From Patescibacteria group bacterium (lineage in GTDB: Bacteria; Patescibacteriota; Patescibacteriia; UBA9934), in the NCBI GenBank assembly GCA_041659765.1, contig JBAZXR010000001.1:659338-723337 (forward strand): a DNA stretch of 64,000 nucleotides. The letters run 5' to 3'. The notes beneath the pieces were generated by a model. That model did no database searches, was not told the origin of the DNA, and was given only the letters and a program-made list of their open reading frames with translations. Shown one piece after another: positions 49,301-57,357 of the stretch. Position 1 is the first letter of the stretch. Each line of letters begins with the position of its first letter. Made by a program: the position numbers and the translations under genes.

Positions 49301-49657
49301 CTAGTACACGTTTTCGAGATGGACGATTTCGGGTGGGAACAGGTCTAGTCTGATCGCAATCACGTCAATACGGAACGGGGCGTCAATCATGCCCTTTTCG
49401 CGAATATAGAGCTCAGCCGTGTTGGCAATCTTGCGGAGCTTGCTTGGCGTGACGGATTCCTCCGGGTGACCAAAGTCTAACCCATATCGCGCCTTCACCT
49501 CAACAAAAACGATCTCACCGCCATCACGGGCGACAAGATCGATTTCACCTAACCGAGTTAAGTATTGTCTATCAAGGATTTCAAAACCTTTCTTGGCTAA
49601 ATATTCTGCCGCCAGGACTTCACCGTCGTCCCCCTTCTTACGACGGATATCGGTCAC
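49301..49657 (-). CDS. yraN: YraN family (UPF0102) endonuclease-like protein
   Basis: GExxAxxYL...GEIDLV...VEVK signature. Confidence 0.75.
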   Translation of the reverse strand: MTDIRRKKGDDGEVLAAEYLAKKGFEILDRQYLTRLGEIDLVARDGGEIVFVEVKARYGLDFGHPEESVTPSKLRKIANTAELYIREKGMIDAPFRIDVIAIRLDLFPPEIVHLENVY

Positions 49658-49658
49658 A

Positions 49659-50063
49659 TTAGCGGGATCGGCGAGGAAGATACTGGTTCACCGACGACTT
49701 TGAGGCATTCTTTATACGAAGTGCGGGCGCTTTACGAACAAAGACGAAGACTCTAACGGCGCAAGCGATGAACAAAAGCGCCCAAAGAAGAAACCAGGCA
49801 CGAACGCCAAACACCTGAATTTCTTCGTAGGAGCAAAAAAGCCAGAGGAAGCCAAAAGCCGTCAACCAAGCAGCCATATTGCCGGCCATACGGAAGGCCT
49901 GTTTGTCATACACATCGCGTATCGTTCGCTTGGAAACTATCCGGAGGACAGCCGCCGTGATAGCGAAGAGCGCAAAGAAGACAAAGAAACCGTAGGAAAA
50001 CGCCGCGCCCATGGCTACTGGAGCCGGATTAAACCAGAAATGCAAGGTCAAAAGTTGGGACAT
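49659..50063 (-). CDS. hypothetical membrane protein (4 TM)
   Basis: Hydrophobic 134-aa ORF. Confidence 0.4.
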   Translation of the reverse strand: MSQLLTLHFWFNPAPVAMGAAFSYGFFVFFALFAITAAVLRIVSKRTIRDVYDKQAFRMAGNMAAWLTAFGFLWLFCSYEEIQVFGVRAWFLLWALLFIACAVRVFVFVRKAPALRIKNASKSSVNQYLPRRSR

Positions 50064-50105
50064 ATTTTCGCCAGATGGTAACTCCGAGACAGGTGGTCGT
50101 CAATC

Positions 50106-50666
50106 CTACAGTCGCTCGTACGCCCGAGCCCAATGATGCGGGGTGATTCGGACCTCATATGCGGGATACCAATCTGCTTCTGCAAAAGACACATCTACGA
50201 GCTCCGGATGCTGTCGATATTCATCGAGCGGAGCCAAGGGGTGCAGCGCATTCTGACGCCAGTCCATCACAAAGATGCGACCGCTATCTTTCATCAGGCG
50301 ACCGAGTTCTTGAGCAACTTCCACCGGCTGTTTCATGGACCAAAGCGCATTCACAAGGAATGCAACGTCGAGTGATTCCTCAGGAATAGCCAGCGATCCC
50401 TGCGCTTCTGCATCACCCCACACCGGATGAATGTTTTGCGTTCCCCGTGTTCGGCGGAGACTTTCCACCATCTGTACACACTCGGGATCAATGTCGACTG
50501 CATAGACCCTGCCCTCTTCACCAACTCGCCCAGCGAGAGGAAAAACGAGGTGGCCAGTGCGCCCGGTACCAATATCCGCCACGTGATGCCCAAAACGAAC
50601 GCCACCTGCGTCCATGAGCTGTTCCGGATTAAGAAAAGCACTTCCCCCCATAGAAAGCTGTATCAA
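50106..50666 (-). CDS. class I SAM-dependent methyltransferase
   Basis: Motif I VADIGTGRTGHL and motif II VYAVDIDP. Confidence 0.65.
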   Translation of the reverse strand: MIQLSMGGSAFLNPEQLMDAGGVRFGHHVADIGTGRTGHLVFPLAGRVGEEGRVYAVDIDPECVQMVESLRRTRGTQNIHPVWGDAEAQGSLAIPEESLDVAFLVNALWSMKQPVEVAQELGRLMKDSGRIFVMDWRQNALHPLAPLDEYRQHPELVDVSFAEADWYPAYEVRITPHHWARAYERL

Positions 50667-50909
50667 TTAACCGAACAAAGACTTAATGCCTCCCCCAACA
50701 ATGTCATTAAACAAGTTCGTGATCACCATGAACCCAATAAGAATTATGACAACCCCTAACAGCTTATAAAAAAGTCTAGATCCTCCCCCACCCAGATTCC
50801 TCTCTGCCCATTCAATCGGACCAACGGAGTCCAACATAATCTGGGTCTTCCACACAATCAAGCACCCTGCAAGAGCAACAGCAATTCCAATTAAAATTCG
50901 TGTAATCAT
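50667..50909 (-). CDS. small membrane protein (2 TM), hypothetical
   Basis: Start at MITRILIGIAVALAGCL. Immediately downstream of the MTase. Confidence 0.3.
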   Translation of the reverse strand: MITRILIGIAVALAGCLIVWKTQIMLDSVGPIEWAERNLGGGGSRLFYKLLGVVIILIGFMVITNLFNDIVGGGIKSLFG

Positions 50910-50979
50910 ACATTTGCAATATTCTTCAAGCATTGTACCCCAAAAACAAAAAGACATCTCACATGGAGACCTCTTCTTG

Positions 50980-51055
50980 TGGTGGACCCTAGCGGGATCG
51001 AACCGCTGACCTTTTCCATGCCATGGAAACGCGCTACCAGCTGCGCTAAGGGCCC
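50980..51055 (-). tRNA. tRNA-Ala (anticodon GGC)
   Basis: Reverse complement: GGGCCCT-TA-GCGC...GCGC-G-TTTCC-ATGGCAT-GGAAA...AGCGG-TTCGATC-CCGCT-AGGGTCC-A-CCA (76 nt). Confidence 0.85.
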
Positions 51056-51056
51056 G

Positions 51057-51133
51057 TGGTGGACGCTGGGGGGCTCGAACCCTCGACCTACTCGGTGTAA
51101 ACGAGTCGCTCTAACCAACTGAGCTAAGCGTCC
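51057..51133 (-). tRNA. tRNA-Val (anticodon TAC)
   Basis: Reverse complement: GGACGCT-TA-GCTC AGTTGGTTA GAGC-G-ACTCG-TTTACAC-CGAGT...TTCGAGC...AGCGTCC-A-CCA (77 nt). Confidence 0.85.
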
Positions 51134-51220
51134 GTATTCTAAAACCTGCGTTATCGTACATGAAAGGGCATTGCTTGCCAAGAGGAATCAGCTTCAGTAT
51201 AGTGTTGCGGCAATCGTCAT

Positions 51221-51305
51221 GCGGATGTGGCGGAATTGGTATACGCGCACGTTTGAGGGGCGTGTGCCTTCGGGCTTGAGGGTTCGAGTCCCTCCATCCG
51301 CACCA
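51221..51305 (+). tRNA. tRNA-Leu (anticodon GAG), class II
   Basis: GCGGATG...anticodon stem-loop CACGT-TTGAGGG-GCGTG, long variable arm GCCTTCGGGC, GAGGG-TTCGAGT-CCCTC, CATCCGC-A-CCA (85 nt). Confidence 0.85.
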
Positions 51306-51306
51306 C

Positions 51307-51341
51307 AAACCGACTTCCTAACGGAGGTCGTTTTGTTTTTT
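51307..51341 (+). terminator. terminator hairpin after tRNA-Leu (near-identical to the one after tRNA-Arg)
   Basis: aaaccgacttcc-taac-ggaggtcgtttt followed by GTTTTTT. Confidence 0.6.
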
Positions 51342-51368
51342 ATGGTGCTGTGCTACCCTTTTCAAACT

Positions 51369-52082
51369 ATGGACAAACAAATTGTGATGAAGAAGGTAGG
51401 GGTAATTGTGGCCTGGGCGGTAGGGATTGTGGCGATGCTTGGCATACTTGTTCTAGTGGCAACGCTCCAGGACAACACAAAAACTGGCGCCCAATTAACA
51501 AGCGAGATCCTCTCCACTGACCATGTGGCGGGCAAGCTGGACTCTAAGGTCACCGTCCTTGAGTATTCAGATTTCCAGTGCCCGGCCTGCGGCCTGTACG
51601 CACCGATCGTTGAAAAGCTCATGGCGGAATATACGGATCAGGTTCGTTTCGTTTATCGCCACTTCCCCATTTACAGCAAGCATCCAAACGCAGAAACAGC
51701 TGCTCGAGCTGCTGAAGCCGCCGGCCAGCAAAACAAGTTCTTTGAATACGCGGAGATCCTGTTCAGCAAACAACAAGAGTGGTCTGACATTCAAGATCCC
51801 CGCAATAAGTTCAAAGAATACGCTTCGTCCCTCGGTCTGAAAGTCGATGAATTTGAGAAGTACATGAACAGCAGCGAGAGCAAGTCGGCCGTGACTAAGG
51901 ATTACCAAGGGGGCCTTAAGGCTGGGATCAACGGCACGCCTACTTTCTTCCTGAATGGCAGTTCAATCGACAGTCCCAACGGTTACGCAGCGTTTAAGAA
52001 GGTGATCGATGACGCGCTCGCGGCAAGTACGGTCGTGGCTAGCCCCGACCCTACTCAAGCCACTGATACTTCTTCACAATAG
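51369..52082 (+). CDS. DsbA-family thiol:disulfide oxidoreductase (membrane-anchored, CPAC active site)
   Basis: Start at MDKQIVMKK; the tracked upstream extension overlaps tRNA-Leu. N-terminal TM helix, FQCPAC motif, thioredoxin fold. Confidence 0.7.
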   Translation: MDKQIVMKKVGVIVAWAVGIVAMLGILVLVATLQDNTKTGAQLTSEILSTDHVAGKLDSKVTVLEYSDFQCPACGLYAPIVEKLMAEYTDQVRFVYRHFPIYSKHPNAETAARAAEAAGQQNKFFEYAEILFSKQQEWSDIQDPRNKFKEYASSLGLKVDEFEKYMNSSESKSAVTKDYQGGLKAGINGTPTFFLNGSSIDSPNGYAAFKKVIDDALAASTVVASPDPTQATDTSSQ

Positions 52083-52545
52083 AAACACGAGCCCAAGCCT
52101 GGCCGAGACCAAAAATCCGGCCGGGCTTTATGTTTGTAACCGCCAAGCCAATGAGGACCAGGATATATACTGTGTGGTCGTCAATTACTGGGTTCTGAAC
52201 TGGCGGGAACTTAGCCATCCACATGAGAAACACCATCAAAGCACCACTCCACCCAGCCACTTTCATTCCCACTCCTAGTATAAGCGCGAGCCCAACAAGC
52301 AACAGACCAGCCATAAAGAGAACGTCGACGACTGGAGAACCAGCAAGGCTCTGAAAGAAACTAGCAAACCAACCAGACGAATGACTTAAAAATCCTTTAG
52401 TCGGTGAGACACCGTCAAGCCAGGCCTTGCCTGACGCTGTGGCAAACCCTAAACCGAATAGCTTATCAACGAATGCCCACAAAAACATAAAGCCCATAAC
52501 AAACCGGAGGCCTACCCACACTTGCTGTTCGATTGTATATTTCAT
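52051..52545 (-). CDS. DoxX family membrane protein
   Basis: 4-TM DoxX-type profile, convergent with the DsbA gene. Confidence 0.65.
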   Translation of the reverse strand: MKYTIEQQVWVGLRFVMGFMFLWAFVDKLFGLGFATASGKAWLDGVSPTKGFLSHSSGWFASFFQSLAGSPVVDVLFMAGLLLVGLALILGVGMKVAGWSGALMVFLMWMAKFPPVQNPVIDDHTVYILVLIGLAVTNIKPGRIFGLGQAWARVSIVKKYQWLE

Positions 52546-52547
52546 AT

Positions 52548-53252
52548 TTATGAGCGAATTATAACATTAGGCACAGTGGCTCGAAAGAAATCGGCGATCT
52601 GCATCATCTCCCTGTCAGAAAACGGGTGATAACTCGACGCTTCTGGCTTTAACACAACTCCCGGACGAAACTTCTGTAAATATAGAATCTTCGCCCCAAC
52701 CAAAAGTTTAGCCATGTCATCAAGCACGCTTGGCGGATGGAGCTCCTGAAGAATGGTCGAACGAAATTCGCTCGGTACTGCACTCGCTTTTAATAGTTCA
52801 ATGCTCTCGGCAATCGCCGAGGGATCAGCCAGCGGACCCGCGAGATTTTGGTACTCAGCCAAGCTAGTTTTTACGTCCATCGCCACGTAATCAACGAGTC
52901 CTTCATCGAGCGCCCGTCGAAGAACTGCGGGACGGTTGCCGTTCGTGTCGAGCTTAGTCTTGAAGCCCTTGTCCTTTACTTTGCGCAAGAAGTCTAGGAG
53001 ATCCGGCATGAGAGTTGGCTCGCCCCCGGTTACAACCACACCGTCTAACAGGTCTTGCCGACGATCAAGGAACCGAAAGAATGTTTCTTCCGGAATAAAG
53101 CCCGGTCGAAGTTCCTTGATACGCTCAGGAAGAACAAACTCAGGGTTGTGGCAGTAGGCACACCTAAAATTACACCCAGGTGTGAAGACAATACAGGCGG
53201 TTTTTTCTGGGAAGTCTAAGAAGGTACAGGGCTGAATGCCAGAAATTAGCAT
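52548..53252 (-). CDS. nrdG: anaerobic ribonucleoside-triphosphate reductase activating protein (radical SAM)
   Basis: Radical SAM cluster motif CNFRCAYCHN. Confidence 0.85.
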   Translation of the reverse strand: MLISGIQPCTFLDFPEKTACIVFTPGCNFRCAYCHNPEFVLPERIKELRPGFIPEETFFRFLDRRQDLLDGVVVTGGEPTLMPDLLDFLRKVKDKGFKTKLDTNGNRPAVLRRALDEGLVDYVAMDVKTSLAEYQNLAGPLADPSAIAESIELLKASAVPSEFRSTILQELHPPSVLDDMAKLLVGAKILYLQKFRPGVVLKPEASSYHPFSDREMMQIADFFRATVPNVIIRS

Positions 53253-53437
53253 ACCGCGGCAGCAGCCGGGGAATATTCAGCTACAAAGGCCGCGTTGGCC
53301 GTCAAACATTCCTCATAATGCTTACGGGAGTAATGCTCTGACTTCTTGCCGATGTTGAAATGCGAAACTGGACGGTGGTAGCCCATGACGCGCGTCCAAA
53401 CTTCGCACTTGGTTCTGGCCCGGATGATCTGTTGCAT
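53246..53437 (-). CDS. stand-alone glycyl-radical C-terminal module of NrdD (63 aa)
   Basis: WTRVMGYHRPVSHFNIGKKSEHYSRKHY aligns with the NrdD C-terminus (RTCGYLGNPDARPFNAGKQEEVKRRVKH), including the radical Gly. Separated from the nrdD stop by 19 nt and in a different frame. Confidence 0.6.
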   Translation of the reverse strand: MQQIIRARTKCEVWTRVMGYHRPVSHFNIGKKSEHYSRKHYEECLTANAAFVAEYSPAAAAVC

Positions 53438-53456
53438 AGAATGATTATTTGTTTAT

Positions 53457-55301
53457 TTATTTTGCAGATGCTGTACTGGCATGTTTGAGGCGAATCACTG
53501 AGTCTAGTCGCGGAGCACTTTCTACCCCATTTTCCAAGTCACACTTTGGGCACCAGTCCCACTCCCCAGTCAGATACCCGTGGTTCGGGCAGATCGAGAA
53601 AGTCGGCGTGATGGTGATATATGGCAGGCGGAACTTCGATAAAATCTTTCTAACCAAATCTCGGCACTGGGCACCGCTCGAGATCTTTTCCGTCATGTAG
53701 GCGTGGAAGACCGTACCGCCAGTGTATTTGGTCTGCAGGTCATCCTGGAGTTCGAGAGCTTGGAATACATCGTCCGTGTAACCAACCGGCAACTGCGAAG
53801 AGTTCGTATAGTAGGGAGCTTCGATGGTGCCTGCCTGGAGAATGTTTTCAAACCGTTTCTGATCCTCTTTGGCGAACCGGTAAGTTGCACCCTCCGCTGG
53901 AGTAGCCTCCAGGTTATAGAAATGTTTGGTTTCCTCTTGATAATTGGCGAGTTCTTGGCGCATGACGTCGAGGATTTCGACAGCGAATTCGTGGCCCCAG
54001 GGAGTGGCAACATTCTCTTTATCATCCGTAAAGTTTCTGATAGCTTCATTGATGCCGTTCACCCCAATAGTCGAGAAATGGTTACGCAAGAAGCCTAGGT
54101 AACGCTTGGTGAACGGGAATAAACCGGCATCAATCCACTCTTGAATGACTCGACGCTTGATTTCGAGCGACTCCTTGCCAAACTGCATCAGCTCTCGCAA
54201 ACGCTTCATGAACGCTTCCTTGTCGCCCTTCGTTTCGTAGCCAATACGAGCGGCATTAATCGTCACGACACCGATCGAACCGGTCATTTCTGCCGAACCG
54301 AATAGCCCTCCCCCGCGTTTTCTAAGTTCGGTCAGATTCAGCTGAAGCCGACAACACATGCTCCGCACATCGCCAGGATTCAGATCCGAGTTTACGAAGT
54401 TTTGAAAGTACGGCGTCCCATACTTAGCGGTCATTTCAAAGAGCGGTAGGTTCTTTGGATCAGTCCAAGCGAAATCTTTGGTAACATTGTAGGTTGGAAT
54501 TGGAAACGTAAACGTCCGCCCTTTTTCGTCGCCCCGCATCATGACCTCAATGAAGGCTTTGTTGATCAGGTCCATCTCATGGCCAAGCTCGCCATAGGTG
54601 TACTCGAACGGCTTACCGCCGAGCAATAATCGTTTCTCTTTTAGGTCATCTGGGCAATCCCAATCAAGAGTAATGTTTGTAAAAGGCGTCTGGGTTCCCC
54701 AACGGGAGGGAATGTTCAGGTTAAAGACGAATGATTGAATCTGTTGGTGAACGTGCTTGTACAGCCGGTCAGCGACGTATTTCTCGCGGGCTTCGTCACT
54801 TGGAAAGGTTGCGCCCGAATCAGCTAATTCTTTGCGTATCTCGAGCTCAAACTTCTTAACGAACGGCGCGAGGTATGTATCAAAACTCGAGAATGCCTGC
54901 GCTCCGGCCCACTCATTCTGGAGCGTGCCTAGGAAATTCACCATTTGGGCCACGGCCGACGATAAATGCTTGGGCGGACCGGATTCAATCTTTTCCGAGA
55001 CGCCATTAAAACCTTCTTCAAGCAAGGCGCGCAGGCTCCAGCCAGCGCAATAACCGGAAAACATGTCTAGATCGTGAATATGAATAGCACCTTCTCGGTG
55101 AGCTTCGCCAACATAACTAGGATAGATGTGCGATAACCAATAGTTAGCCGTGACTTTACCGGCGGTGTTCAAAATCATCCCACCCAGGGAAAAACCTTGG
55201 TTAGAGTTAGCATTAACACGCCAATCCCCCTTAGCGAGATATTCGCCAATGGTTTTCTGCACGTCCACCGTCGCGCCCGTTTTCTTGAGTTCCTCAGTCA
55301 T
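53457..55301 (-). CDS. nrdD: anaerobic ribonucleoside-triphosphate reductase (class III RNR), lacking the glycyl-radical tail
   Basis: Typical NrdD core (YTNSSQLPVGYTDD...) with a C-terminal zinc ribbon (CPNHG...CPKC). Ends before the RxxGY radical motif. Confidence 0.9.
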   Translation of the reverse strand: MTEELKKTGATVDVQKTIGEYLAKGDWRVNANSNQGFSLGGMILNTAGKVTANYWLSHIYPSYVGEAHREGAIHIHDLDMFSGYCAGWSLRALLEEGFNGVSEKIESGPPKHLSSAVAQMVNFLGTLQNEWAGAQAFSSFDTYLAPFVKKFELEIRKELADSGATFPSDEAREKYVADRLYKHVHQQIQSFVFNLNIPSRWGTQTPFTNITLDWDCPDDLKEKRLLLGGKPFEYTYGELGHEMDLINKAFIEVMMRGDEKGRTFTFPIPTYNVTKDFAWTDPKNLPLFEMTAKYGTPYFQNFVNSDLNPGDVRSMCCRLQLNLTELRKRGGGLFGSAEMTGSIGVVTINAARIGYETKGDKEAFMKRLRELMQFGKESLEIKRRVIQEWIDAGLFPFTKRYLGFLRNHFSTIGVNGINEAIRNFTDDKENVATPWGHEFAVEILDVMRQELANYQEETKHFYNLEATPAEGATYRFAKEDQKRFENILQAGTIEAPYYTNSSQLPVGYTDDVFQALELQDDLQTKYTGGTVFHAYMTEKISSGAQCRDLVRKILSKFRLPYITITPTFSICPNHGYLTGEWDWCPKCDLENGVESAPRLDSVIRLKHASTASAK

Positions 55302-55320
55302 AAATTTTGACGAACAAAAA

Positions 55321-55335
55321 ACTCACATCATGTGA
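55321..55335. promoter_or_regulatory. 15-bp palindrome CTCACAT-C-ATGTGAG upstream of nrdD (NrdR-box-like)
   Basis: Perfect 7-bp arms with an AT-rich centre, about 20 nt upstream of the nrdD start. Confidence 0.35.
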
Positions 55336-55361
55336 GCTTCTTGAGCTTCTTATGGATTTTT

Positions 55362-55556
55362 CTAAATTTTGCCAACCGGCACTCTGTGGGGACATGGCAC
55401 GATGCCGCACAAATACTCGTTCGCACTGTGTTCCTCAATGGTGCTTAGGGCATGGCACGTCTTACACTTTATCTCGATCACACTATCCACGATGACTCCC
55501 TTAAAAAGGAGTTTTTGGCACCCGTGGCAACGGTATTCTTTAAGAACACAGGACAT
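55362..55556 (-). CDS. Mu Com-like zinc-ribbon protein
   Basis: YRCHGCQKLLFKGVIVDSVIEIKCKTCHAL closely matches phage Mu Com (IRCKNCNKLLFKA...IEIRCPRCKRHI). Confidence 0.55.
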   Translation of the reverse strand: MSCVLKEYRCHGCQKLLFKGVIVDSVIEIKCKTCHALSTIEEHSANEYLCGIVPCPHRVPVGKI

Positions 55557-55707
55557 ACGCTATTTCCAGCATATAGTGGTGTGGAACTTTCCTACACACT
55601 ATATGTTGTGTTTATGAGTATAGCACTTTATAAAAAAATAACCTCGCCTTGTGCACAACTCTTGAATGCCTTTTCTTTCATAGAGAAAGCGCGTATTCTG
55701 ACCCTGT

Positions 55708-56193
55708 ATGCCTGAACGCCACCTTCGTCTTCGTCTGGTCTCGATCGCTATCATGGCGCTCTCACTCATCGGATTATTAGACTCTGGCTACCTGACCGCC
55801 CATAAGCTTTTTGGCACACCGCTTAGGTGCGGGGTAGTTGGCGGGTGTGAAATAGTTTCACAAAGCCCTTATTCCATGGTCTTTGGCGTGCCCCTGTCAT
55901 TGATCGGCATGCTCTTTTACCTCACCATGTTTTTCGGCGCCCTAACCTACCGAGAGTTTGGCTTAGAAAAAGTTCTTAAAGCGGTAGCCATCTTAAGCGT
56001 AGTCAGCATTCTGACTTCAGCCTGGCTGGTAGGCGTTCAATTGTTTGTCATTAAGGCGATTTGCATCTATTGCATGATCAGCGCCGGTATCTCATTTGTC
56101 CTAGTAAACCTAGGCGTGCACATTCTACTCACTCTTAAAAAAATTACGCGACAAACTTCCGTTCCTTCCCCGTTACCAGACGCAAGCGATTAG
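55708..56193 (+). CDS. vitamin K epoxide reductase (VKOR) family protein (DsbB-analogue)
   Basis: 4-5 TM helices, a loop Cys pair (CGVVGGC) and the CIYC active-site motif. Confidence 0.7.
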   Translation: MPERHLRLRLVSIAIMALSLIGLLDSGYLTAHKLFGTPLRCGVVGGCEIVSQSPYSMVFGVPLSLIGMLFYLTMFFGALTYREFGLEKVLKAVAILSVVSILTSAWLVGVQLFVIKAICIYCMISAGISFVLVNLGVHILLTLKKITRQTSVPSPLPDASD

Positions 56194-56884
56194 GAATCGC
56201 TCTAATATCAAAATGTTCGGCCTCGATCTTCTCGCCGTCAACGGTCATCGTACGAACGTTCGGAAAAGATAGATGAGCGCGCTTCAGATGGAGGACGCCT
56301 ACGTCCTCTTTTCGTTTAAACAGGGAGAGCCGCGGCAGTCTAGTGACCATCGTCATGCTGCCGTCAGTCGGATCTACTGAACCAATGTCATCAGGGTGAT
56401 ATAAATTACGAATTTCGAGCGTGCACTTCCGCAACGGAACCAGTTTGTACTTATCTTCGCATTCCATCACTCCCCCGCTCGCGTCTATAGTGGCGGCATG
56501 CAGGAATCGCCGGCCGTTCACCTCGCCCAGATCCATGTCTGCAACCAGCCGGGCGGAGAGGATGTCGCAAGCTAGAACGCCCGTTGGGATACCCAACAGA
56601 TCGGCCATTGGGGACGTGCCACCAACAGGAATAAATGCAACGACGACACGTGAGTCGCCCACGGCCTCAATAACCCGGTATAACGTATCGTCATTCCCAA
56701 CGGCCACGATTGTCGTTGCCCCTGCTCGCACCTCTTGCCGAACCACTTGTACGGCATCGCGAAACAAGGCAAGGCGGACAATCTTGCCGGTGATTCCAAG
56801 ATCCGTCAGGCGCGTTTCTATGAGAGCTAACTCGCGTTCGTACCTGCGATCTTCAAGAAACTCATCGTAAACGTAGGAATACAC
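56144..56884 (-). CDS. diacylglycerol/lipid kinase catalytic-domain protein (YegS/DAGK family)
   Basis: DAGK_cat signature IVAVGNDDTLYRV. Confidence 0.6.
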   Translation of the reverse strand: MYSYVYDEFLEDRRYERELALIETRLTDLGITGKIVRLALFRDAVQVVRQEVRAGATTIVAVGNDDTLYRVIEAVGDSRVVVAFIPVGGTSPMADLLGIPTGVLACDILSARLVADMDLGEVNGRRFLHAATIDASGGVMECEDKYKLVPLRKCTLEIRNLYHPDDIGSVDPTDGSMTMVTRLPRLSLFKRKEDVGVLHLKRAHLSFPNVRTMTVDGEKIEAEHFDIRAIPNRLRLVTGKERKFVA

Positions 56885-56896
56885 AGTTGTGGAGTT

Positions 56897-57262
56897 TTAC
56901 TCCTCAACCTCCTTTTTACCTTTTTTTGCCTCCTCGCCCATATGCACCATACCGTTTATTTCTGAACCTGCTTCAACAGCCAGCACGCGGGCATTAATGT
57001 CTCCTGACACGTGAGAAGAGGCCATCAAATCTAACCGAGCCTCAATCTTAATATTGCCATGCACCCGACCGGAAATGACCGCGTTCTGCGCGTGAACGTC
57101 AGCTTCAATCTGAGCATCTTCCCCAATTTTCAAATCCCCGGCCGTAGAAATAGTTCCGCGTACCTCGCCCTCAATGATGATATCGCCTTCAGCAATAAAC
57201 TCACCCTCAATTCGCACTCCTCGCGCAATGATCGTCTCACCAACCTGGTTATTCTTAGCCAT
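56897..57262 (-). CDS. bactofilin (polymer-forming cytoskeletal protein)
   Basis: Repetitive beta-helical DUF583 pattern (G.V.G.I...G.V.G.I). Confidence 0.75.
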   Translation of the reverse strand: MAKNNQVGETIIARGVRIEGEFIAEGDIIIEGEVRGTISTAGDLKIGEDAQIEADVHAQNAVISGRVHGNIKIEARLDLMASSHVSGDINARVLAVEAGSEINGMVHMGEEAKKGKKEVEE

Positions 57263-57267
57263 ATTTT

Positions 57268-57354
57268 AAGATTAAAGTCTTAAAGATTAAAGCGTAAAGC
57301 CTGACGGAAGTTGCATTGGAAACTTTAATACTTTAATACTTTACTTTTTAATAC
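57268..57354 (-). promoter_or_regulatory. AT-rich inverted-repeat element upstream of bactofilin gene; copy 2 of 2
   Basis: Shares TTAAAGCGTAAAGCC and GAAACTTTAATACTTTAATACTTTAC with the copy at 42208..42271. Confidence 0.5.
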
Positions 57355-57357
57355 TTC

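Noticed and set aside
50906-51181. 91-aa minus-strand ORF spanning the tRNA-Ala/tRNA-Val genes
   Set aside because: Fully overlaps two well-formed tRNA genes, so it is a spurious ORF.
51171-51368. N-terminal extension of the DsbA-like ORF
   Set aside because: The extension overlaps tRNA-Leu and its terminator. An internal ATG at 51369 follows the terminator.
53430-53470. Simple frameshift/sequencing-error explanation for the split nrdD
   Set aside because: The tail frame has its own stop (53453-53455) downstream of the nrdD stop (53457-53459), so no single indel joins the frames. It is kept as a finding that needs read-level verification rather than called a pseudogene.
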